From contig CAVYHE010000003.1 in the NCBI GenBank assembly GCA_963768305.1, positions 256,001 through 320,000 of the forward strand: a stretch of DNA of 64,000 bases, in the 5' to 3' direction. The DNA is from an uncultured bacterium. Its GTDB lineage: Bacteria > Margulisbacteria > WOR-1 > CAVSGV01. The first letter of the stretch is position 1; each line of letters starts with the position of its first letter. Position numbers and translations under genes: made by a program. Below are positions 54,401 to 62,919 of the stretch, piece after piece. The notes below the pieces were generated by a model. It was given only the letters and a program-made list of their open reading frames with translations, was not told the DNA's origin and ran no database searches.

Positions 54401-55096
54401 CCATTATTAATATTCTTTGCTGAAACGAGAAGAGATTGTTATGCAAAATGGAACACATATTATCCAGGATTATATGATGATCTTGGACCTGATAAATATA
54501 ACTCAGACATTTTCAAGAAGATTCTTACTGACACGATTAAATCCTTGATGAAGGATAATCCCAAAAATTGCTTTCGATTTGCCTCCACTTTTGAACACAT
54601 GTTGCGTCATGATGTCGAAAGAAAAGCCGACGCCGAGCAATCTACAAAACTGGGACTGAAATATTTTAGACTTTTGATGGAGCCTTACTCTCATTCAATT
54701 TATAACATTATCTTTCAGGTTATTCAAGATAGGATGAAAAATCCGGATAAATATTTAGATGAATGGTTTTTATTGTTCATAGAATGCTTAAATCTCGAAA
54801 ACAGATACTATGATAATGCGGTTAAAATGGGGAATCTTGAAAAGGTATTTTGGTTTCCTTCTTTCTATCATTCAGATATATTAGAATTAATCTATAAAGG
54901 AATGGGCCAAGATAAATTTATGAGGGCTGCAAAGATATTCTTTAATTTTCCAAAAGGAATGCAACTAGAAGAATCTTCAAAACTTGTTAATATAATTAAA
55001 GAATTATCAAAATCAGATAAAGAAGCGCAAAGGATCATTAAAACTCTAATCAAAAACAATCCTGGTAAATATTGGGATTTAAAAGAGAAGAAGTAA
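51467..55096 (+). CDS. 1209-aa protein: N-terminal Cap4/DUF4297-like nuclease plus long alpha-helical region
   Basis: G..N.KG..AQ...E...EDFDL...ETK at the N-terminus; no Walker A motif seen; intact AT-rich ORF. Confidence 0.65.
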   Translation: MSKHGQNNQKGVFAQNWAALSLFLQFYKDPKFSYIQLEPNTSEDFDLVFNDGKKIVCETKYRIKKFNYADLKLLLSKILDRKSISEQDEILIVCRSVNETLASDVKNIRFFNRLEEKFLEKNFNKQMIGLIPRVSFWVINKSLHKDINLPLISQAINLWLPQQDLKKFTDHIMQDKIMRLSTQGRAYSRNDFNNEINNLNAYVLQSSDKFNKRLTRKEKQFKMLEDDVNRNKGIKWGTASSSAISAQWDLMSFVLTKLRKRNDLDLKKWDDLWQLKSAFQFIYTVFDIFKNNMGTEQNMTYILGYIQRDIKGIRGFYGHSDFFNHGVVELVTKIIDAPSGHKYLKEAFAIVKYLINFNKDEYFYLKDRDQDRGQWEKEEICKLITKIYKIAPPEIKESVFQLITSGFNLTEDEGEFSHYAPREAFEIIREWLNEDFVNRITPLVNIIVDQYKRFYKKFGKNIEFKGWELMGGGVGIWEGNYRVSDRHFIEYILSPAIRKYYESNKAAGWQLILDKFISKTAQVSSHQPDFLNRAVFDIVCERYAEGDENSNRQAFKILKEFILSPKGIPHKSELIYQNIDRPTMSDEKKWKLVKIMTDKYDIPANPFIEPIVAGLVKKGHPKAKQLLIGWFMNPKFYPRFPFDGRYISTIKGLIETNLDLSIDLFKIIMRSEYIKTAKSEHYDVYDVANILFEILKRDYVQGLSIIRMLESEKALSIDQQIIYTYSLCNYRGNEDSDDLNLLIKVYADIVDPFLTRMHDDINSINHVLTFDNSREALIQFASRLAAKGKIHEALRIVKVFLDDTDPYLPSNAPVGYKIEYNEHQRIERGEAPLTITSVRGWCAWTLMRCSVLSGREYIPMVIEFTKKLIEDNNYYVVHLACNALAHLARNRLTVLPKNSDIMFFNDDKRKALEMAKDVEKIAFSLLDRFVGWPTPVQKALIKDVIYVFDNITQLNESDATKLVTKLIGLPKEAVAESAPLLIFFAETRRDCYAKWNTYYPGLYDDLGPDKYNSDIFKKILTDTIKSLMKDNPKNCFRFASTFEHMLRHDVERKADAEQSTKLGLKYFRLLMEPYSHSIYNIIFQVIQDRMKNPDKYLDEWFLLFIECLNLENRYYDNAVKMGNLEKVFWFPSFYHSDILELIYKGMGQDKFMRAAKIFFNFPKGMQLEESSKLVNIIKELSKSDKEAQRIIKTLIKNNPGKYWDLKEKK

Positions 55097-55138
55097 CTAC
55101 TTTTTTCGCTCCTAGTGCCTCAACCTTAACATGACAGT

Positions 55139-58100
55139 TTATTTCCTAAGAAAATCAATCTCATCGATCTCTTTCATGATTCTGTATGTTTCTGTCAGGG
55201 CAACAATCATTTTCTGATAATGTTCAATATCTTCATTTGATAGTTCCCGGCCTTTACGGTCCTTAAGCCATTTTTGTGCGGGCTGATAACCGCCGATGTA
55301 AAAGTTCCACGCAATTTCCGGCACTTTTCCAAAATATTGCTCTGCATTAATGTATATCTTGCCATCTTTATAGGTTACCTTTTCAACAGTATCTGAGCCG
55401 GAAGCGGGATATGTAGTAATATATTTATCCACTTTAGGAGATTCAAGCAGATGTAGTTCCCGCAACTCTGTCCCAAGTTTTACTAACTTTTTGAATGTTT
55501 TTGTGTCTTTCGGATATGGCACACGAGGAAAATCTATTTTCAAGAATTCTTTATACTTATTACGGTATCTAGGCGAATACAGAACAGCATAAATATAATC
55601 ATAAATATCTTCCGGATTTGTTTGGCCGATTATACTTTCTATTTTAATGGTAATTTCTTTGTTAAGGTTTGATACTCTTTCATCCCCTACAGGGTAAAGA
55701 TAAAGTGGAAAAACATATGTTTGATCACTAGCAGCATGAATATCGGCAATAGATTTAGAAACATATGCCCTATCAAAAGGTTGATTGGCCGGCATTGAAC
55801 GCGAAGAGAGTAAGGTGATATTATCTCTGCCAACAACATTCACATTTGTTTTTTCTCTTGGATATGCAATAAAGCCTTTTGAATTTCCACTATATGCTGT
55901 GTACCGCACATCAAAAGGACGATAAAGTATTTGTTCAATACTATACTTCTTGCTCAAATCCTCTTTTGCCCATTCGACTTTCCAATCTCGCCCATCTTCT
56001 GGCAATTGGTATTTACTTCTTATTTCTAAATCAGACAATGTTTGGAAATCATCAATTACTTTTTTAATGTCCTTTTTTGAAAATTGCACAGTAGTATCAT
56101 CGCGTTTCGTTTGAATGCCAGAATTGTATTCGTGAAATATTTCAGTTAAAGAAACCCCGTTTTTATATTGCTCTTCTAGCCCAAAATCCTTAGGAACAAA
56201 GAAATAATAAGGATCGTTATATTCAATGTTTTTCCATTTCACCTTTTCTATTTCGGTTTCACTGAGTATTTCATATTTCGCTTCCCGGCTGCCATATAAC
56301 TCTGAATGATAAACGACTCCTAGTCCCGTTTTATTTTCGCTTTTGCGGACAAATATCGAAATAGCCACTCCTTGTTGTATATCAAATACATTTTTATCTT
56401 CTTTATTCAGCTCTTTCTTTCTTGAACTCCCATGAAGATCAAGCACATATATCTTTTCAAAGGTTTCAAGCAAATGCTTCCTCATTTGGCGATGTGTAAT
56501 ACCATCCAAGAAAGAGTTATTAGTAATCATTGCAACAATGCCAGTTTTGTTTTTTTCAATAAAATGCTCTGCAAGTCGAATAAATTTAATATAATCATCA
56601 TCCAAGTTTATCTTTTTTTCGCCAAGACCTTTTTTGTAATCATCTAGTTTAGATAATATCCATGCCCCTTTATTCTTTGATTTTACATTGTAAGGTGGAT
56701 TACCCATGACCACCATAATCGGAGTTTCATTTTTAATCATATTCTGCCTGCTTTGGCCTCTTCTGCAATGCTTTCTGCCAAACCAAAAGCAAATCATAGC
56801 TTGTTGGTTTGCGCCTTCCTCAAGTGAATTAGTTAAATAAATTCCAAGACGATTATTAAACATTCTAAAATCCGATAATTTAAGTGCAATACTTAATTTA
56901 AGATGAGCGATAGTATATGGAGTCATCATTAATTCAAAGCCATGTAGACGCGGCAAAAGGTCATTATGTACATATGCTGGCCAGCTGCCCATCTTGGCCC
57001 TGTTCATTTGAGATATTCATATATGTTCCTGAATAGTTTCACTAATAAATGTCCCTGTGCCGACTGCCGGATCAAGAATTTGCACACGATGTTTCCCATT
57101 CGGTAGTTTTGATGCATCAGCAAGCCCATCTCGAAGCTGAAATCTTTTGCAAAATATGATCAACAGCATCGAACAATAAAATCGAACAACCGGCAATGGT
57201 GTATAAAACGCCCCCATTTTCTTATCGAAGTTCAGGATCATATTCTTTTAAAAAGTCCTCGTAAAAATGAATCACAGGATCTGGTGCATTCTTGTTTACC
57301 CACATAATCATCCCTATAAGTACTTCTATTAGTTATTTGAGTTTGCATGATGAAACAGATATCACAATTCATCAACGATAAACTTAAGCGCTTATCAAAA
57401 TCGGCCCCGGCGATATGATCAAAAAAATGTCTTAAAAATGGGTTAGATGCGGGAATTAAATCTCTTGCGCTTCTGACGTGAAAAAGTATCAGGGGTTTCA
57501 TCGTAATATCTTGCAACAAATAAGCCATAGACTAGAGTTTGGGCATACATATCGGCAAAAGCATTCCTGAGTCAGTCGTGAACAAGAGCTTTTTTATCGT
57601 TTCATATACACGCAATATCTCTGTATTTTTTTTGAATCTAAATCTGAAGAAAGATAATGCCTAATATTGTCCCTTATTCTTTGAGCCTTACCTCCCATGA
57701 TCTTTGCAAGGTGCTCACCTGACTTGATTGGCTCTTTTTGTGATTGTGTAAAGTCGATAAGGGTTTTCGCGACATGTTCATAATTTTCCGGTAAAGGTGC
57801 AATTGAACGTGTCTTAAGGTCATATTCTGCTATTTTTATTGGTTCTTCATAACGTTCTCCATTCCTATAAAACCTGAAATTCAAGATAATCCGTAAGAAC
57901 TAAATTCGTATAGCCATAATATCTTGCCATTTGCTCAGATTTTTCAACTTTATCTAATGGAACACCAATATCTTTTGCTTCAATATAGAGAATAGGGACA
58001 CTATTGTTGATTACGACAAAATCCGGTTTATTCCCTTCTGCTGCTCTTTCATCGTGGCCTATGCGTTGAACCTTTATCGTCTCAAATATTCCGTTTAACA

Positions 58101-58209
58101 ATATTTCAAAATCGGTACGGTAGCCCATCTCGCTTGTTTCTGTGTGGGTAAATTTAGAGGCAACAGACTTTAGATATTTGGACATTAAATCTTTTGTATT
58201 TTCTGCCAT
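55139..58209 (-). CDS. Type IIG / type ISP-like R-M enzyme (REase + N6-MTase + specificity domain), multiple frameshifts
   Basis: KPDF...YIEAK, GAFYTP, LDPAVGTGTF, GNPPY, YRPFD.R, IGGYQPAQKWLKDRK. Confidence 0.8.
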
Positions 58210-58724
58210 TGCTTTGAATTATACGCCCATAAGAAAAGAGAGTAAAGATTAGAAGTTCTTGCTCCCAGCCTTTTCTGTTTTGAATTTTATCCGTCGCTTT
58301 CTGTTGAAAACCACAAAACAGTGTTAATGAAATCGACGGCATCTTCAAGCGAAAACCCCAATTCCATGAGGAATTCGATTTTTCCCATCATTGTTATCAC
58401 CTTTGATTAGTATTATTTTGCTCCCCAGCCTTTCCAGTATAGCATTTTACCGCCTTTTCCCTGTAAAGAGCGCTCACGTTAGGACTTCGTATAAAGCTCT
58501 CTGTCCCGAAAAAATCCTCATCCTTGCGGATTTTTTCGGGGATTAGTTCGCGCTCTCCTCCAGTCGCCCGCCTCCGGCGAGGCTCCTTCCGGCCCTCCGC
58601 TCGTTGCGCTCTCTCGCCCATATATTAGCTTTAGGTAGGCTCAATCGCTCCACTCGCTTCGGGTGACAGGGGCGGTAAAATGCTGTTCCTTCCTATGTTT
58701 TCATTTCATAGGGAGGTGGTTTTC

Positions 58725-59257
58725 ATGTCTCGTTTGGCAGGTGTCATTGGTTCTCGTTCATTGCCCGCTTCTTTTGCTCCGCTTGTTTCCCGCGTTGTTT
58801 CTCTTCTTCTTTCCCGTGGCTACAGCATTGCCTCCGGCGGCGCCGTGGGCGCTGATTCATTTGCTCTTGAGGCTGTCATTCAGCAGGGGGCGGCTTCACG
58901 CGGCATCATTCATTCAGCTTGGGCTTCTGCTTCTGGCTTTCCTAGCGTCCGTTCAGCCTCAGGTTTCTCGCTTTCATTGCTTCCGGCGGTCAGGTTGTTT
59001 GGGGCTCGGCTCAGCCGGGTCAGTCCCGTTCTGCTGTTGTTTCAGCTCTTCTCGGCAGGAACAGGCGGCTTGTTTCTGCTTCCTCGGTTGTTGTTGCTTT
59101 CCTTCACGGCCAGTCTCGCGGCTCTCTTTACACAGTCCGTCAGGCCATTGAGCAGGGCGTTCCGGTCATTGTGTTCCTTTGCGGCGGCGGGGCGTCTTTG
59201 CCGGCTGATTTGGCTTCCAGGTGTTTAGTATTTACGGAAAAGGAGGTGTTATTATGA
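58725..59257 (+). CDS. SLOG/DprA(Smf)-like protein; two frameshifts
   Basis: GGAGG RBS; VIGSR, SGGAVGAD, then LLGRNRRLV, SRGSLYTVRQA. Confidence 0.7.
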
Positions 59258-59421
59258 GAATTTGCAGAGTGTGCGGTTCATTCCTCGTTCCTTGCAACGA
59301 AGGAATAGATCATATCGTCTTCTATCATCCTATCCTTCATAGGCATGTTTATATCTGTCAGACCTGTCTTACAGAGATTCAGAATATCCTCGAGTACGGC
59401 TTCCTCGCTCCCTGCGCTTAA
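59254..59421 (+). CDS. Small zinc-finger protein
   Basis: AAGGAGGT RBS; CRVC...CQTC; ATGA overlap with the upstream gene. Confidence 0.65.
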   Translation: MRICRVCGSFLVPCNEGIDHIVFYHPILHRHVYICQTCLTEIQNILEYGFLAPCA

Positions 59422-59548
59422 CCCAAAAGGCCTGATTCATCAAGAAACAGGCCTCTTTTTGGTCGCTACTCAGATTTGTTCTCACATATTACCAAATACA
59501 TATTTTGTTATATAAAACCGTCATAATTTAAGATAATATTAGTGTACT

Positions 59549-60304
59549 ATGAAATATGTTTATTTTGACGATAGCATTCATGATAGAGGCGGATTTATTA
59601 TTGGGGCATTTGTCTCTTTAACAAAAGACCCAGATACTGATCTATCAAATATATTAATCAATAATGGATTTGATCCCAACAATGATGAGTTTAAAAGTAG
59701 CACGCATTTTAAAGAATGTCCGAAAATGATTGATGTAAGAGATCAGCTGAAATCATATGTTAGAAATAATTGTGGAATAAGTATCATTGTGCTGCCCAGA
59801 AAAAATAGAGATAAATTAGGAGCTGAGACTATTAATGCCTTTCATAAAATGGTTCAATTCAATACAATAAACGATCCGATGAGCATATATTTTGACGAAG
59901 GGATATTCAAAAACATTAAAGATGGGCAGAAAATAGCCTCTCAATATTCTTTTGATAGATGCAACTTTAATTTTAAAACGAGCTCTGTAACATGCAAAGG
60001 GATACAGCTTGCCGATTTAGTTGCACATACTTGTTCGGTAATGTTATTAGATCAAATGGGCTTGATTAACAAAACAATAAAAGCAGGAGATAATTCTGGA
60101 TATGCTCCTGACACGGATATTGAATTGGGTTTTGAATTGTGGGCCTCTATAAGAGGGAATTTCTTTTGCAAGCAGAAAGCCGTTTCGTCTCCTTATTATA
60201 TAGTTGAGCCATATGGATTATATATTTCTCACTTATGTAGCAACTCCTTATCAATTAAAGCTCGAGAACGCTTTGGTGAAACATATCGCGGCTGTATTCA
60301 CTAA
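59549..60304 (+). CDS. DUF3800-like protein
   Basis: YFDDS start, YFDEG, GIQLADLVA. Confidence 0.7.
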   Translation: MKYVYFDDSIHDRGGFIIGAFVSLTKDPDTDLSNILINNGFDPNNDEFKSSTHFKECPKMIDVRDQLKSYVRNNCGISIIVLPRKNRDKLGAETINAFHKMVQFNTINDPMSIYFDEGIFKNIKDGQKIASQYSFDRCNFNFKTSSVTCKGIQLADLVAHTCSVMLLDQMGLINKTIKAGDNSGYAPDTDIELGFELWASIRGNFFCKQKAVSSPYYIVEPYGLYISHLCSNSLSIKARERFGETYRGCIH

Positions 60305-60403
60305 CGCCTGCTTATTTGGATTGACTTGCAGTATCGTTTACCCTAATTCATAATGCTGAAAATAAGATAAAGTCAAGGATAGAAAAGGGGTAATGAAAGG
60401 AAA

Positions 60404-60985
60404 ATGATGATGCTGGTTTTGATAAAATTAGCAATTTATTTGTTTTCGATATTTGTATTTTTTAAAGTCTTATCTTTATATTATGAATATCGTTCAACAA
60501 TAGTAACGGTTGCTAGCCATAACATTGGGGGGGGAGGCATAGGAACATTTTTAGGGGAATTAAAATGGAAGTTATTACGCTTTTGGGAAAAATTCAGAGT
60601 CTTTGTCCTCTTTATTCTTATTGCATATATTATTTTTGTGGCATTTGGGGATTATTGGACACGGATAATTTCATTTGCATTTTCTGTATATACCTTTGTA
60701 ATTAATAGGGATGCTTTTGATTTGTTAAGTTCTTATGGGTATGAAAAAAACAAAGATAAGTTAGCGATTGTTGAGAGATATTTATGGACACATTATAAAG
60801 ATGGCTGTTTTGAGAATTATGATATGGATTTAAGGAAAAGAGTAAATGGGTTTGATATCTATATAAAGATAGGCAAATATGATGTTGCCACTGAAGAAGC
60901 TAAACATAATCTTGAAAAATATGTGAGGGAAGCTTGTGGAATAGTTGGCCTCAATCTAAAATCAGTTATTGTTAATATTCACTAA
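60404..60985 (+). CDS. Membrane hypothetical protein
   Basis: AT-rich ORF with 3 hydrophobic segments. Confidence 0.6.
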   Translation: MMMLVLIKLAIYLFSIFVFFKVLSLYYEYRSTIVTVASHNIGGGGIGTFLGELKWKLLRFWEKFRVFVLFILIAYIIFVAFGDYWTRIISFAFSVYTFVINRDAFDLLSSYGYEKNKDKLAIVERYLWTHYKDGCFENYDMDLRKRVNGFDIYIKIGKYDVATEEAKHNLEKYVREACGIVGLNLKSVIVNIH

Positions 60986-61047
60986 TGAATGCCTTTGTTA
61001 CTGTCCAGATCCCATTTGTTTAGCCACTTTTTCAATACAAAATCCCC

Positions 61048-61967
61048 TCCCCCACCATCATTTTGGGAGAGGTTTGGCGGGCGGCGGCACAACACGAAGA
61101 CAAATACCGCCGAAGGCGGAGCAGGAGCTTTGGTTCTTTTTTAGCGGGCTTTACCCTGAACTTGTCGAAGGATTGGCGGGCGGCAAGACACGAAATTAAA
61201 TACCGCCGAAGGCGGAGCAGGAATTATGGTCTTTCCCTTTCAAATGTGCGTAGCACACCTTGATTGCCAGCCCTTCATAGCTCGAAAAGCGAAGGAGAGG
61301 TCATTCTCCTTTGGCGAGATTACGGAGAAGGCAACACAGGAACACAACAAACGATCACTTGAGGAGTTTCAAGCAAAGCCTTAATTCCTCTCTGGAAACA
61401 ACCAATTAGAGCAGTCCGACTAGCTTGGTTATCTATGACAATTGCGAATACCCATCGCTCTTTTTCTTGCGCTGGCAATGGTCATCAACATATTGAGCAA
61501 GAGCCACAAGCTGAATGGTTATCATGCAGGTTAGAAATTAGCGTCTTCTTTTCAAGGATCTCAAGAGCTTCTTTGGTGAGTTGAGTGGTAATAGCTTCAA
61601 GCTCCCAGCGTATCTTCAACTCATTGGGTTAGGTTCCTCTGTCTCACATTTGTATTCATATCCAATGTCATTGATCCTTCGTCTTTCTTTCACGCTAAAG
61701 AGCAACATCTGTCTATCAACTGTTTGAATGTATCTGTCTTGTGTTAATTAATAAAATATCTAATCTGGTTTGCGCCTGGCCGCGCCTGCTGCGCCCGTGC
61801 GTGCGTGCCTGTGTGCTCCAGTCGAGCATAAAGGGATACTGTGAAGTTCCCAGGTTAGTTCACAGTATCTGATGATCATCCTGAACGGCCCAGATTCAGC
61901 TTCTTGCACCCATGAATTGTATTCTGTAGAATGATGCTGACAGTTCGAGGAGGGGGCTTTAATCCCA
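61048..61967 (-). repeat. Long inverted repeat, right copy (LIR-B)
   Basis: Reverse complement of 44453-45378; the 35-bp palindrome is at 61835-61869. Confidence 0.95.
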
Positions 61968-61983
61968 CATAATTATAGCTGCG

Positions 61984-62016
61984 AACCGCTGTGTTTTCTA
62001 AACCGGCGGTTTTTTC
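61984..62016 (+). terminator. Intrinsic-terminator-like hairpin just outside LIR-B
   Basis: AACCGCTG...CGGCGGTT followed by a T-run. Confidence 0.5.
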
Positions 62017-62121
62017 TTTGCGGGAAATAGCGCGGCGGGCGGCGTTTGCCGCTACCCAAACGCCGCCCGCCGAATGTTCGCCGCGTCGGGACACATTGTT
62101 GTTTTAGATGAGGTTTGAATT

Positions 62122-62637
62122 TTATTCGCTTTTATCTTTATCGAACATAGCCCCATAGCTGCCTCTATATCTCGATAATAAATCTCTAGCAAAATTAAAG
62201 TTCTTTCTATTGCTATACCATTTCTTCCCAAAAGCATCTTCAATAATAATATCTTTTACTTTATTTTCATCATTTTCTAGATATGGCGAATCAAAGCTTA
62301 TGTATCCATGAGCAGGGATCATTACAGGGAAAACAAGTTTTACGCCATTATTATAATAACTATTATATTCGCTTATTTTATTTGACTCTTTATCACGATA
62401 AAGCATCCTCATTATCGTCTCGACTTTATTCCCCTGATTAACAAGAACAATTTGTGCACTCTTTTTATCGGAATATCTTGGAGACGAAGCAATGATAATC
62501 TTGATATTGCGACGTTCCTGCCTAAGGGCCAGCCAAAGTGAAACAAATACTGCAGCCATTGTCCCTATTGCTGATAATGCATGCCAGTTTATGTTGGCCG
62601 TCCATATTAGCTTAATCATCTCAATTAAATTAATCAT
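62122..62637 (-). CDS. Hypothetical protein, N-terminal TM anchor
   Basis: W.ALSAIGTMAAVFVSLWLA segment followed by a soluble domain. Confidence 0.7.
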   Translation of the reverse strand: MINLIEMIKLIWTANINWHALSAIGTMAAVFVSLWLALRQERRNIKIIIASSPRYSDKKSAQIVLVNQGNKVETIMRMLYRDKESNKISEYNSYYNNGVKLVFPVMIPAHGYISFDSPYLENDENKVKDIIIEDAFGKKWYSNRKNFNFARDLLSRYRGSYGAMFDKDKSE

Positions 62638-62638
62638 C

Positions 62639-62836
62639 TTATTTCACAAGTTTATCAATTGATACATTAAGAGCTTTAGCGATCTTATGAAGGGTGTTGA
62701 TCCCAATATCCTTATATTTGCGATAAAGGATTTTTTGAAGCGTATATTGTGATATTAAGGCTTTTTGGGCAAGTTTCGCGATAGATACTTTCCGGTATTT
62801 ATTAATGTTTCTTGCAATATTCTCAATCAAGCTCAC
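62639..62836 (-). CDS. XRE-family HTH regulator
   Basis: LAQKALIS..TL.KI...TLHKIAKALNVSIDKL; start approximate. Confidence 0.8.
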   Translation of the reverse strand: MSLIENIARNINKYRKVSIAKLAQKALISQYTLQKILYRKYKDIGINTLHKIAKALNVSIDKLVK

Positions 62837-62864
62837 AAATGAAATTATATCACCCACTTGAAGC

Positions 62865-62893
62865 TTGACAATGTAGCCGTATAGGACTATATT
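62865..62893 (+). promoter_or_regulatory. Promoter for the serine recombinase
   Basis: TTGACA-17 bp-TATATT, then an AGGAGG RBS. Confidence 0.65.
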
Positions 62894-62919
62894 CCTCGCA
62901 TAAAAGGAGGTAATAACCA

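Noticed and set aside
59421..61047. Integron cassette array for the AT-rich orphan genes
   Set aside because: No convincing attC (RYYYAAC...GTTRRRY) structures and no IntI integrase
44453..61967. Composite transposon with flanking IS copies
   Set aside because: No transposase ORF, no terminal IRs on each copy and no target-site duplication seen
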